Shown here in pieces: positions 16,164 through 26,796 of a DNA stretch of 64,000 nt. How positions within the stretch are numbered: position 1 is the stretch's first letter; each line of letters starts with the position of its first letter. The position numbers and the translations under genes are program-made. The notes under the pieces are model-generated. The model was not told the DNA's origin and searched no databases. It saw nothing but the letters and a program-made list of their open reading frames with translations. Where the stretch lies: positions 8,720 to 72,719 of the forward strand of contig JAKLFM010000006.1 in NCBI GenBank assembly GCA_022711175.1, read 5' to 3'. The stretch is from Bacteroidota bacterium (GTDB lineage: Bacteria > Bacteroidota > Bacteroidia > Bacteroidales > UBA4417).

Positions 16164-16217
16164 CGTAATACTTTTTTAAGGTTTATCTCCTTTGAATTAT
16201 TGGAACTTGTTCCCTGT

Positions 16218-17543
16218 TTATTTTTCTGTATCTACGCCGATACAGTAATAATCGAACCCGTTTTGCTTCATTTCTTTTCGGTCGTAAATATTACGTCCGT
16301 CGAACACAACTGCATTGTTGAGGAGCTTTTTCACGATTTTAAAGTTGGGAAACCTGAACTCTGGCCATTCAGTTACCAGTGCCAGTGCATCAGCATCAAT
16401 CAGGGCATCGTACATGTCTTCCGAATATGTTATGCTTTCGCCTAAGTGATGTTTTGCCTCGTTCATGGCGACAGGGTCATAAGCCTTAATTTTGGCACCG
16501 GCTTCCATGAGTTTCTTAATGATAACCAGCGACGGGGCTTCGCGCATATCATCGGTTTGCGGTTTGAAGGATAATCCCCAAACGGCAATGGTTTTCCCAT
16601 TCAGATTTCCTGTGAAATAACCATTTATTTTGTTGAAAAGCACTGATTTCTGGTCATTATTTACTGCTTCAACAGCTTTCAGTACCCGCAATTCATATCT
16701 AAACTCATTGGCTGTTCTTATAAGAGCCTGCACATCCTTTGGGAAACATGAGCCTCCATAACCTATTCCGGGATAAATGAACTTGGTGCCAATACGTGTA
16801 TCAGAACCTATACCTTTGCGCACCATGTTGATGTCGGCGCCAACAATTTCGCATAAGTTCGCGATATCGTTCATGAAACTGATCTTGGTAGCCAGCATCG
16901 AATTGGCTGCATATTTGGTCATTTCAGCGGAGGTAATATCCATGAAGATAACCGGGTGGCCGTTCAACGTGAAAGGTTTATAAAGGCTTTTCATCAGTTC
17001 TTCAGCCCTGGGGCTGTCAAGCCCGATAACGATACGATCGGGTTTGAGAAAATCTTCTACCGCAGCACCTTCTTTCAGGAATTCGGGGTTTGAGGCTACA
17101 TCGAAAGGAATGTCAACTCCTCTTTTATCAAGTTCTTCCTGCAGCGCCGCTTTAACCTTAGCAGCGGTTCCTACTGGCACAGTGCTCTTGGTTACCACGA
17201 GCAAATAGTCCTGCATATTCTTTCCGCACTCACGGGCAACAGCCAGTACATATTTAAGGTCGGCACTTCCATCCTCATCCGGAGGTGTTCCAACGGCAAT
17301 GAACAATACCTCGCTGTTTACAAGTGCTTCTTTGAGGCTGGTGGTAAAACTCAGGCGGCCTTTTTTCATGTTGCGGTGCACCATTTCTTCGAGGCCGGGC
17401 TCAAAAATGGGAATGATCCCTTTGTTGAGATTCTCGATTTTCTTTTGATCAATATCAACGCAAACTACGTCAATACCTACTTCTGAGAAGCATGTCCCTG
17501 TAACAAGTCCGACATATCCGCTTCCTACAACGGCAATTTTCAT
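16218..17543 (-). CDS. ugd: UDP-glucose 6-dehydrogenase
   Basis: 441 aa. It has the VVGSGYVGLV NAD motif and the catalytic cysteine motif GYGGSCFPKD. Confidence 0.9.
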   Translation of the reverse strand: MKIAVVGSGYVGLVTGTCFSEVGIDVVCVDIDQKKIENLNKGIIPIFEPGLEEMVHRNMKKGRLSFTTSLKEALVNSEVLFIAVGTPPDEDGSADLKYVLAVARECGKNMQDYLLVVTKSTVPVGTAAKVKAALQEELDKRGVDIPFDVASNPEFLKEGAAVEDFLKPDRIVIGLDSPRAEELMKSLYKPFTLNGHPVIFMDITSAEMTKYAANSMLATKISFMNDIANLCEIVGADINMVRKGIGSDTRIGTKFIYPGIGYGGSCFPKDVQALIRTANEFRYELRVLKAVEAVNNDQKSVLFNKINGYFTGNLNGKTIAVWGLSFKPQTDDMREAPSLVIIKKLMEAGAKIKAYDPVAMNEAKHHLGESITYSEDMYDALIDADALALVTEWPEFRFPNFKIVKKLLNNAVVFDGRNIYDRKEMKQNGFDYYCIGVDTEK

Positions 17544-17718
17544 AATAGTGTTAACGGGTTAGTAATTCCACAAAGATATTGATTGTTGCCAATAGCCCGA
17601 AAAATGAATGAATATATAATGAAAGCAAACCATTGGGGCAAAAGAAAGGGATTTCATGATTTCGTACTTTTACATGATTTTTAACAAGATTGGCATCTGA
17701 ATAAACAAAGACACAGCG

Positions 17719-18738
17719 ATGAATAAAATTCTTGTCACTGGTGGCGCAGGATATATCGGCTCACACACAGTTGTTGAATTACAGCAAAATGGTTTTGAGG
17801 TAATAATAGTCGATAATCTGTCTAACTCCTTAATAGAAGTTCTTGATAACATCCACTCCATAACCGGCATCAAGCCTCATTTTGAGCAGTTTGATCTGGC
17901 AGATCCACGGCTTACCGCAGATTTTTTTACACGTCATACTGATTTGTCAGGAATCATTCATTTTGCGGCTTATAAAGCGGTTGGGGAATCAATGGAAAAA
18001 CCGCTTGGTTATTACCGCAACAACCTGATGTCGCTTATCAACCTGCTGGAAGGCATGAAACTGCATGGTATAAATAATATTGTGTTTAGTTCGTCCTGCA
18101 CCGTTTACGGCCAGCCCGATGAACTTCCGGTTACTGAAAACGCACCTTTTAAACCCGCATTCTCAGCATATGGCAATACAAAGCAAATGTGCGAGGACAT
18201 CCTGAAATTCACTGTAAATGCGCATCCCGTTAAGGCCATTGCTCTCAGATATTTTAATCCAATCGGGGCACACCCTTCAGCACTTATTGGCGAACTGCCT
18301 TTGGGTATTCCGAATAACCTTGTTCCTTATATCACCCAAACGGGCATTGGCAAACGTGAATACCTGCGTGTTTTCGGAAATGACTATCCAACCCCCGACG
18401 GCACCGCCATCAGGGATTATATTCATGTGGTTGATCTGGCACAAGCCCATGTTGTGGCACTCAGACGGTTGATCGAAGGCCGTTCCAAAACAAATCCCGA
18501 AGTTTTTAACCTGGGGACTGGTAATGGTTTTTCGGTAATGCAGATTATTGAAGCATTTGAGCGTGTAAGCGGACTAAAACTTAATTACAGAATAGTTGAC
18601 AGGCGGGCGGGTGACATAGAGCAGGTGTGGGCCGATACCGGTTATGCAAATAATGAACTTGGATGGAAGGCTGAACGCACACTTGACGAGATGATGGCAT
18701 CGGCCTGGAGATGGGAAATGGCATTAGAAGGAAGGTAG
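17719..18738 (+). CDS. galE: UDP-glucose 4-epimerase
   Basis: 339 aa. It has VTGGAGYIGSH and YGNTK (YxxxK), plus a typical GalE C-terminus. Confidence 0.9.
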   Translation: MNKILVTGGAGYIGSHTVVELQQNGFEVIIVDNLSNSLIEVLDNIHSITGIKPHFEQFDLADPRLTADFFTRHTDLSGIIHFAAYKAVGESMEKPLGYYRNNLMSLINLLEGMKLHGINNIVFSSSCTVYGQPDELPVTENAPFKPAFSAYGNTKQMCEDILKFTVNAHPVKAIALRYFNPIGAHPSALIGELPLGIPNNLVPYITQTGIGKREYLRVFGNDYPTPDGTAIRDYIHVVDLAQAHVVALRRLIEGRSKTNPEVFNLGTGNGFSVMQIIEAFERVSGLKLNYRIVDRRAGDIEQVWADTGYANNELGWKAERTLDEMMASAWRWEMALEGR

Positions 18739-18765
18739 CAGGTTGCTCATGAGATATGAAAAAAG

Positions 18766-18790
18766 GCAGCCACCCAATAAAGGTGGCTGC
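18766..18790 (+). terminator. Stem-loop downstream of galE (9-bp perfect stem, 7-nt loop)
   Basis: GCAGCCACC (18766-18774), caataaa, GGTGGCTGC (18782-18790), starting 28 nt after the galE stop. No U-tract follows, so its function as a terminator is uncertain. Confidence 0.35.
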
Positions 18791-19054
18791 GCATGCAATC
18801 TAAGAATATACCTGCTCACATGGAAGTTAGAAGCAGGATGAAAAAACTCTTCATGGAAAACAATATACTCATTTCAAAAACTCACTTTATTGATGAAATG
18901 AATATGTTTATTAGAAAGCAAATGTATTGAATCACCCGTGCTTCTTGCATGGTTTTTTAGTGAACGGTAGGTTTGATTTAGCGAATGTGGGGTTTCGGCA
19001 GGTAAACGGTATTTGGCAATCCTTTTATAACCATAGACCGGCTGCTTTGACAAT

Positions 19055-22024
19055 TCAAATGTCGCTGCTGTTGGTAAGAAATGGCATCACAATGGTTACC
19101 CGCGTTCCGGGATTTGCTGTACCGGGAGTCAATTCCGAAAAATCGATTGAAGTTGTTGTATTGTATTTTTTACTTAACAGTTGTAGGCGCTTTTGAATAA
19201 TCTGCACACCAAGATGTTGTTTCTTTATGCGCGTCTCGTTGAGTTGCTTTGCCTTTTCAATACCAATACCATTATCCTCAATAACTAAACATAAGGAGTT
19301 GTTGCTGAAGGGTTTGAAAATAATATGAACAAACCCATTTCCATCGAGATTGGCCAGGCCATGCCATATTGAGTTTTCAACAAATGGCTGTATGATCATG
19401 CTTGGAATATAAATCCCAAAATCATTTAACGACTCATCGAATTGAACTGAATATTCAAATTTATCTCCCATCCGTTCCTTCTCAAGTTCAAGATAGTTTT
19501 CCAGCCGGTCAATTTCTTCATCGAGAAGTATCATGGGGGTGTCAATAACATCGAGGTTTTTGCGTATGAGCCTTGCGAATTTTGCTAGGTAAATAGCTGC
19601 ATCAGTACCTTTATTCTTAAGCAGGTAAGTCTGAATTGATCCAAGCGAATTGAAAATAAAATGCGGGTTCATCATTGATTGAAGCGCTTTCTGCTCCATA
19701 AGCACCAACTGATGATCCACCTCAATCTTTTTCATCCTTTGAAGTCTTGACCGGTTAACAATTAACAATACAAGACTTGCAGCCAATAATGCGATGAATG
19801 CCCAAAAAGCCGGCATTTTTAATAAAGTTTGTTTTATCTCAATCGGAATAGTCAGAGGTTCGCTCCATCCGGAGTTGTATTTGCGCGCCCTTACTTTTAA
19901 TTGATATTTCCCTTGTGGGAGACGTTGATAGTTCAGGTTGAGGCCATTGCCTGTAGCTATGGTCCAACCGGTATCAGCGCCTTCGAGCTTATAAGAATAA
20001 ATCACTGAAGCCGAAAAATAGCTAATACTCCCAAACATGAGATGGATATTATTGCTTCCTCTAAGCCGAAGCCCTTCGTTATCAACGGTTACAGGGATAT
20101 CATTCACCCTTATTGACTGTAGGAAAGGTATGGGTGGTATCGCTGGTTCTGTTACCGACCGGCTTGAGATTACAGTTAAACCCTCATCGCTGGCAATGTA
20201 TAACGAATCGTTGTAAACAAGTATGTCATTGATATTGTTAAAACTGATATTGAGGGGTTCGAGATGCACGGTTTCACCTTTGGTGACCCTGAAAAGATCA
20301 TTGCACTTGTATATCTCGCTAAGTGTGGCTATAAACAAGGTGGAATCAGCATAAGCACAACGGCGGATTTGCATTGAAACTGGTGCAGTGAATGCTTTTG
20401 ACAAATTGTACAGGCGGTTGTTCTGAAGCAGAAAAAGGCTGTCACCGTCAATGTTCAGCAATTCGGTACGCTCGTCAATAAAAAGATGGCTAAGCAAAAC
20501 CGAACCATCAAAACGACTGAGCAAAGGGTATGGTTCCAGTTTATTGTTTTTGAAAACATAATTGCGTTTTGAATTGACAATAAGACCATCGTTGTTGTCG
20601 AAGTAAACATTATTGATTCGCTCGCCGGTATTAACCATAGCTCTGAAAAACAAATCGGCAGATGAAGGACCGATAGTCAGGTATTCTTGCATAAATAAAC
20701 AAACTAACTTGCCAGATTTGTTGTTGATTATTCGTTTGATGAAAATATCATAAACTTTTTCAGATACAAACTCAATTTTTTTTTCTGAAATGCGAAAATG
20801 AGGGTGTCGAAATAAACCGATTTTGCTGTTTGCATTGCTTGAAATTACAAGAGTATTATCACTCAAAGTGAAGATTTGCTTGGCTGGTTGCAAATTGCCT
20901 GGTAATGGGAAAGTGTAGAAGTTGCTGTATTTATAAAGAATAGCCGAATTGTTTGTTGAAAACCATAATCCTGAACCTACTGAAAAATGAAGGCTGTTGA
21001 TTCCTGTGCCGCCAAACATACTCTTTTCGTAATGCCTTTCACTCAGAAAATCGTGGTTGATCACATAAATCCCATCATCAGAGCTTACCCAGATGTTTTT
21101 TTCATGATCTTCAAGCAATCCTAATGCTTTCTTAATATCCAGATGTTTTATAACCTGGTTGCCCGACATACAATAAACTCCCTCTTCATAAGCGGTTATC
21201 CAGACCTGTCCTTCGGAATCTTCGATGATGGTGCGTATTTTGTTAACATCGCAAGGAACATTAACCTTTTCTTTAACAAAGTTGCTGCTAACTTTCAACA
21301 AACCCTGATCATAGGTAATTAAATAATACCGACCTTCATTGGCTGCGAAAACGCTCTTACATAACACATGACTGTCAATCAACGATATCTTTCGAAGTCT
21401 GGAATCAAATCGGTATAAACCTCCACTGGTCCATAAAATCCTTTCATCCAGTGATTTTTCATAAATTTGGTAAACACGGATATTTTCAAGCTCAAAATCT
21501 AATTTTGGCACTATGGTATTATTTTGAGTAAATAACTCTTGCTTCTGAATGTTGTTATTTTTATCAAGAGTAAAAACCTCTCTTTGCCAATTATAGAAGT
21601 TGATGGATTGATCTGATGATATATAAAAATCAAGGATAAAACCTTTGCCTTCGAGATATTTCAAAAACGGAGCATTTGTGGTATTATACATAATATTATT
21701 CTGGATGAAATTTACTGAAGAATTATAGCTAAAAAACCATAAACGACCATATGGGTCCTCTTTTATCCTCACAATATCGTTGCTGCTAAGTCCGTCTTTC
21801 TTCCGGTAGGTGGTAAAGTTAGTACCGTCAAATTTGGTAACGCCGGCATCCGAAGCAAACCACAAAAACTTTTTACTGTCCTGGTAAATCTGGTAAATAG
21901 TATTCGACGGCAGGCCATTCTGCGTAGTATAATGCTTGATGTAAGGGTTTTGTGCAGTTACCTGCAAAACCGGAAACAGCAAGATGAAAGCGACCAGGTG
22001 TCTTTTGGACCTTGTATTAATCAA
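19055..22024 (-). CDS. Sensor histidine kinase with periplasmic beta-propeller repeats and a Y_Y_Y domain, and a LytS/YehU-type (His_kinase) transmitter
   Basis: 989 aa with a signal peptide. It has repeated propeller-like segments, a Y_Y_Y-like segment (YSYKLEGADTGW), one TM segment, the NPHFIFNSL motif of PF06580 kinases and a C-terminal HATPase. It overlaps the upstream LytTR regulator gene by 8 nt. Confidence 0.8.
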   Translation of the reverse strand: MINTRSKRHLVAFILLFPVLQVTAQNPYIKHYTTQNGLPSNTIYQIYQDSKKFLWFASDAGVTKFDGTNFTTYRKKDGLSSNDIVRIKEDPYGRLWFFSYNSSVNFIQNNIMYNTTNAPFLKYLEGKGFILDFYISSDQSINFYNWQREVFTLDKNNNIQKQELFTQNNTIVPKLDFELENIRVYQIYEKSLDERILWTSGGLYRFDSRLRKISLIDSHVLCKSVFAANEGRYYLITYDQGLLKVSSNFVKEKVNVPCDVNKIRTIIEDSEGQVWITAYEEGVYCMSGNQVIKHLDIKKALGLLEDHEKNIWVSSDDGIYVINHDFLSERHYEKSMFGGTGINSLHFSVGSGLWFSTNNSAILYKYSNFYTFPLPGNLQPAKQIFTLSDNTLVISSNANSKIGLFRHPHFRISEKKIEFVSEKVYDIFIKRIINNKSGKLVCLFMQEYLTIGPSSADLFFRAMVNTGERINNVYFDNNDGLIVNSKRNYVFKNNKLEPYPLLSRFDGSVLLSHLFIDERTELLNIDGDSLFLLQNNRLYNLSKAFTAPVSMQIRRCAYADSTLFIATLSEIYKCNDLFRVTKGETVHLEPLNISFNNINDILVYNDSLYIASDEGLTVISSRSVTEPAIPPIPFLQSIRVNDIPVTVDNEGLRLRGSNNIHLMFGSISYFSASVIYSYKLEGADTGWTIATGNGLNLNYQRLPQGKYQLKVRARKYNSGWSEPLTIPIEIKQTLLKMPAFWAFIALLAASLVLLIVNRSRLQRMKKIEVDHQLVLMEQKALQSMMNPHFIFNSLGSIQTYLLKNKGTDAAIYLAKFARLIRKNLDVIDTPMILLDEEIDRLENYLELEKERMGDKFEYSVQFDESLNDFGIYIPSMIIQPFVENSIWHGLANLDGNGFVHIIFKPFSNNSLCLVIEDNGIGIEKAKQLNETRIKKQHLGVQIIQKRLQLLSKKYNTTTSIDFSELTPGTANPGTRVTIVMPFLTNSSDI

Positions 22025-22811
22025 TGGTTAATGTATATTGTTTTATCCTCTCTCTGAATTCCTGTATTTTGCGACGGGAGATATCATGCCTGCTTCCATC
22101 ACTCATTTCTGCAAAGTTGCCCTGAATACTAGAGTAGCCTGCCAGGAAATTGAGGTTAATGATTGTTGATTTGTGAATTCTGAAAAACTGCGGCATTTCC
22201 AGTATTTTTTCAAAATCGCCCAGCGTGCGCGTTGCCATTATTTTCTGGTTTCCGGTAACGCTTAATATAGTATAGCTGTTGTTAGCCTGCAAATACATGA
22301 TATCTTCTACATTTACAATCCTGAATCCTGACTGCTCGGTGATTGTAAGGCGCGAAATTACAGGAGAAGTTGCCCGCATATTCTCCTGCAAATTACTGAG
22401 TGATTGATTGTAAATATCGTTAGCTTCAGCGAATTTCTGCCTTAGCTCATGATTATAAATTGCTTTGGCAACTGCCTCCTTTAACTCAACAGGATTAATC
22501 GGCTTAAGCAGATAATCAACTGCATTGGCTTTGAAAGCCCGCAAAGCATGTTCCTGAAAGGCTGTTGCAAAAATCACACTATAATTGCCGGAGGGTATTG
22601 AGCGAAGAAATGTAAAACCATCTTCCCTGGGCATTGAAATGTCAAGGAAGATTATCTCAACCTTTTGGTTGTTAAGCAATATTCTTGCTTCGGCAGCCGA
22701 AGCCGCCATCCCGCATAAATCTATTTCAGGGCAGTACTGGCTGAGTAATATAGCCATCGCCTCACGTATATTTTGCTCATCATCAACAATGATTGCCGTG
22801 TACTTTTTCAT
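22017..22811 (-). CDS. LytTR-family response regulator
   Basis: 264 aa. The receiver domain has IVDDE and FLDISMP. The C-terminal LytTR DNA-binding domain has FFRIHKSTIINL. Confidence 0.85.
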   Translation of the reverse strand: MKKYTAIIVDDEQNIREAMAILLSQYCPEIDLCGMAASAAEARILLNNQKVEIIFLDISMPREDGFTFLRSIPSGNYSVIFATAFQEHALRAFKANAVDYLLKPINPVELKEAVAKAIYNHELRQKFAEANDIYNQSLSNLQENMRATSPVISRLTITEQSGFRIVNVEDIMYLQANNSYTILSVTGNQKIMATRTLGDFEKILEMPQFFRIHKSTIINLNFLAGYSSIQGNFAEMSDGSRHDISRRKIQEFRERIKQYTLTID

Positions 22812-23017
22812 CTGATAAAGATATAATTTCCATGTACTGAAAACTATTTTCTAAACTGATTTCTTTTGAAAGAATGCAATTCCGACAGCAGGTTACCACC
22901 AACAAGTAATTTCTGATTCATAAATATTACGATATTTGTGACTTACCTAAACTACGAATCATAACATTCTGATTTCCCAATAGTAATCTCTTCCCGCAGG
23001 GGCAAATATTCACAATC

Positions 23018-23905
23018 ATGAAACATACCGATTTCATTTTTCCTGCCGATAGTAAAAAGAGCCTGAAAGATTTCGATCCTGCATCATCGGGGAAATACAA
23101 AAGCAAAAAAAGTGCTGAGAAAGATCTCGAAAGAGGCATTGAGAAACTGGCCAGGATTCAGGATTTGCTGTATGCACACGACCAATATTCGGTTCTGCTG
23201 ATTTTCCAGGCAATGGATGCAGCAGGTAAGGATGGAACGATCAAGCACGTGATGTCGGGCGTCAATCCCCAGGGGTGCCAGGTTACCAGTTTCAAGGTGC
23301 CGTCGGCCGAAGAGCTAGATCATGATTTCCTTTGGCGATGTGTAAAGCAATTACCCGAACGCGGACGCATCGGTATTTTCAACCGCTCGTATTACGAAGA
23401 GGTGCTTGTAACAAGAGTACATCCGCAAATACTTCAAAACCAAAAGCTTCCGGATTTATCCAAATCGCCTGAAAAAGATCCGAAATTCTGGAAACAACGC
23501 TTCGACGACATCAATAATTTTGAAAAATACCTGCACAACCAGGGGACGGTTATCCTGAAATTTTTCCTGCACGTGTCGCCCGACGAACAAAAAAAACGAC
23601 TGCTTGAGCGCATCGCCGACCCGGCAAAAAACAGGAAATTTTCAATCGGCGATGTTCACGAACGCGCGCTTTGGCCAAAATACATGGAAGCTTATGAGGA
23701 AATACTTAAACATACTTCAACCGAAGTTGCACCCTGGTATGTGATTCCTGCAGATAAAAAATGGTTTATGCGGACCGCCGTCAGCGATATCATTGTTGAA
23801 CGGCTTGGGCAGCTAAAATTGCACTATCCGCTCTTAAACAAGGAACAAAAAGCCGATCTTCTGAAAGCCAAAGAAATACTTGACAACGAGGGAAATGCAA
23901 AATAA
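23018..23905 (+). CDS. ppk2: Polyphosphate kinase 2 family protein
   Basis: 295 aa. It has the PPK2 P-loop FQAMDAAGKDGT, plus FNRSYYE and the conserved lid region. Confidence 0.85.
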   Translation: MKHTDFIFPADSKKSLKDFDPASSGKYKSKKSAEKDLERGIEKLARIQDLLYAHDQYSVLLIFQAMDAAGKDGTIKHVMSGVNPQGCQVTSFKVPSAEELDHDFLWRCVKQLPERGRIGIFNRSYYEEVLVTRVHPQILQNQKLPDLSKSPEKDPKFWKQRFDDINNFEKYLHNQGTVILKFFLHVSPDEQKKRLLERIADPAKNRKFSIGDVHERALWPKYMEAYEEILKHTSTEVAPWYVIPADKKWFMRTAVSDIIVERLGQLKLHYPLLNKEQKADLLKAKEILDNEGNAK

Positions 23906-23991
23906 TGTCCTGAGTTATTCGTTTTGCGACCAGTTAGTTCTCCTAAGCTTTCTCTTTTTTATACTTTTTACTGTTTAATACTTGCCATACA

Positions 23992-25515
23992 ATGAGTCCT
24001 CGGCACAACAATCTTTATTACCGCAAGAAACGATGGAAGCTTTTCCTGCTGTTTGCTGCTGTGCTTATTGTTGTGGCATCGCTGTGGTACTCAAATATCC
24101 TGGTGCATAAAATTGCGCAGGACGAGAGAGCAAAAATTCAGACCTGGGCTAATGCCATCAATCACAGGCTTACCCTTGTAAACTCTACCAGCAAGTTTTT
24201 CGGGCAAATAAGGACCGAAGAAAGAAAACGTGTTGAATTGTATGCCGAAGCTCAAAAAAGAGCCAGCCAGGCATCCATTGATGATGAATCGCTGTCATTT
24301 TATTACCAGATTATTGAAAACAACACTTCAATACCGGTTATTCTAACCGATGAAGCCGGGAATATCAACACCACAAGAAATGTTGATTTTGATACCGATA
24401 AGGTGAAAAAGATGACTCCCGGGCTCAAAAAAGAATACTCGGTTTATCCGCCTATAGTATTTGATTATTACCAGGGCCACCTGAATTATATGTATTACAA
24501 GGATTCAAAACTGTTTACTGAAGTACAAAAGGTTTTAGATGATATTGTTAATTCGTTTTTTCGCGAAGTGGTTGAAAATTCGGCTGCCGTGCCGGTAATC
24601 ATTACTGACAGTACCCGCCGGAATGTGATTGCCTCAGGAAATGTGGACGCCGAGAAACTCACAGATACTTTATACCTGAAGCGTCTTACTGCTGAAATGG
24701 CTTCGCAAAACGATCCTATCGAAATCATGGTAGCCGACCGGGGTAAAAACTTCATTTATTACAAGGACTCTTATACACTCACCCAACTCAGGTATTTGCC
24801 TTATTTTCTGTTTGCCATTATTGGCGTTTTCCTGCTTGTAGCTTATGTATTATTCAGCATGTCGCGCCGATCGGAGCAAAACCAGGTGTGGGTAGGTCTA
24901 GCCAAGGAAACAGCCCACCAATTGGGTACACCGCTTTCGAGCATGATGGCATGGATTGATTACCTTGAAACCAAAGGTGTTGACAACGAAACTATCAGTG
25001 AATTGCAAAAAGATGTCAACAGGCTGCAGACCGTCACCGAAAGGTTCTCAAAAATAGGCTCAACACCTGTATTAAAACCCGAAAATGTGGTTGCATTGGT
25101 GTATAATGCCATTGAATACCTCAAGACCCGCACATCGCAAAAGGTGCAGTTTTCAATAAATGTTACCGACGACAAGGTTATCATGGCTCCGCTCAACTAC
25201 CAGCTTTTTGACTGGGTGATTGAGAACCTGGTAAAGAATGCCGTTGATGCCATGTCAGGGAAAGGAAAAATAAAGATTGACCTTTTTGAGGATGAAACTT
25301 CCGTGAGAATCGACATTCAGGATACAGGTAAGGGAATAGCGAGGAATATGTTTCAAACCATTTTTAACCCGGGATTTTCGAGCAAACAGCGTGGTTGGGG
25401 ACTGGGACTTTCGCTCTCCCGGCGTATTATCAGTGAGTACCACAGAGGCAAAATCTTTGTTAAAGAATCAACCCTTGGAAAAGGAACTACTTTCAGGATT
25501 GTATTGAAGAAATAG
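23992..25515 (+). CDS. Membrane sensor histidine kinase (HisKA-like H-box plus HATPase_c)
   Basis: 507 aa with two TM segments. The H-box is ETAHQLGTPLSS, the N-box is ENLVKNAVDA, and the G-boxes are DTGKGI and GWGLGLS. Confidence 0.8.
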   Translation: MSPRHNNLYYRKKRWKLFLLFAAVLIVVASLWYSNILVHKIAQDERAKIQTWANAINHRLTLVNSTSKFFGQIRTEERKRVELYAEAQKRASQASIDDESLSFYYQIIENNTSIPVILTDEAGNINTTRNVDFDTDKVKKMTPGLKKEYSVYPPIVFDYYQGHLNYMYYKDSKLFTEVQKVLDDIVNSFFREVVENSAAVPVIITDSTRRNVIASGNVDAEKLTDTLYLKRLTAEMASQNDPIEIMVADRGKNFIYYKDSYTLTQLRYLPYFLFAIIGVFLLVAYVLFSMSRRSEQNQVWVGLAKETAHQLGTPLSSMMAWIDYLETKGVDNETISELQKDVNRLQTVTERFSKIGSTPVLKPENVVALVYNAIEYLKTRTSQKVQFSINVTDDKVIMAPLNYQLFDWVIENLVKNAVDAMSGKGKIKIDLFEDETSVRIDIQDTGKGIARNMFQTIFNPGFSSKQRGWGLGLSLSRRIISEYHRGKIFVKESTLGKGTTFRIVLKK

Positions 25516-25645
25516 AAGAAGACCCTGTATTCCATTGAATGGAAGCTTTCGGGAATGGTTAGTGCCTGTTTTGTACGTGTAAAATCGCTGGTTTTAAGGA
25601 TAAAGAACTATTAACCGATAACTTATAACTTTATCTCCTATCCCT

Positions 25646-26776
25646 ATGGCGGGTATTTACATACATTTTCCTTTTTGCAGGCATAAGTGCAATTACTGCA
25701 ACTTTTACTCACTTGCCACTTCAAAACATCACGATGAACTTTTGATTGCCCTTTTAAAGGAAATAGAGTTACAGCAGGATTATCTTCAAGGTGAAAACAT
25801 TGAAACAATTTATCTCGGCGGCGGAACACCGTCGTTGCTGAAGGCCGCTGAAATTGAACAGTTATTACATGCTGTTTACAAACTATTTACTGTTATTGAT
25901 GAAGCGGAGATAACGCTCGAAGCCAATCCCGATGACCTTCGTGCACCAAAACTCCGGGAATTGAAACAAGCCGGCATAAACCGGCTCAGTATCGGGGTAC
26001 AGTCGTTTCAGGATGAAGACCTCCGCTATCTTCAACGTATCCATACTGCAAACCAGGCACGCAACAGCATTAAGCGGGCGCAGGATGCCGGTTTTAGCAA
26101 CATCAGCATTGATCTGATATACGGCATCCCCACTCTCAGTAGCACCGGATGGGAGTTTAACCTGCTTGATGCCATGGGTTTGGGTGTGCCACATATTTCA
26201 GCCTACGCACTTACCATTGAAGACAAAACACCAATGGCGCTGCAAATAAAGCGCGGAAAACTTCCTGATGTAAATGATGAAGACCAGTTGCAGCAGTTTA
26301 TTATCCTTACCGACCTCATACAAGCAAACGGTTATCTGCATTACGAAATATCGAATTTCTGCACTCCGGGTATGTTTTCAAAACACAACACGGCTTACTG
26401 GCAGGGTAAGAAATATCTTGGTATAGGCCCCTCGGCTCATTCCTACAATACAACATCAAGGCAATGGAACATTGCCGGTATAGGGCAGTACCTCACCGCA
26501 GTTAAAAGTGGCAAATTGCCCTTTGAGCAGGAAATTCTAACCATACCGCAGCGATTCAATGAGTACATCATGACTTCACTGCGAACCATGTGGGGCTGTA
26601 ACCTTGATATAGTTGAAAGGGATTTCGGGGTCGACTGGACGAATCAGGCACTTGCTGATGCTCAGCAGTTTATTGATAATGGCTCACTGATTCAAAAAGG
26701 CAGGATACTGGTGTTAAGCCAAAAGGGCTTATTTCATGCCGATGGCATAGCTGCTGAATTATTCAGAATTGACTGA
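25646..26776 (+). CDS. hemW: Radical SAM heme chaperone HemW (HemN-like, coproporphyrinogen III oxidase family)
   Basis: 376 aa. It has the CxxxCxxC cluster motif CRHKCNYC near the N-terminus and HemN-family architecture. Confidence 0.85.
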   Translation: MAGIYIHFPFCRHKCNYCNFYSLATSKHHDELLIALLKEIELQQDYLQGENIETIYLGGGTPSLLKAAEIEQLLHAVYKLFTVIDEAEITLEANPDDLRAPKLRELKQAGINRLSIGVQSFQDEDLRYLQRIHTANQARNSIKRAQDAGFSNISIDLIYGIPTLSSTGWEFNLLDAMGLGVPHISAYALTIEDKTPMALQIKRGKLPDVNDEDQLQQFIILTDLIQANGYLHYEISNFCTPGMFSKHNTAYWQGKKYLGIGPSAHSYNTTSRQWNIAGIGQYLTAVKSGKLPFEQEILTIPQRFNEYIMTSLRTMWGCNLDIVERDFGVDWTNQALADAQQFIDNGSLIQKGRILVLSQKGLFHADGIAAELFRID

Positions 26777-26796
26777 TTTGCCCAATCGGTTAGCCC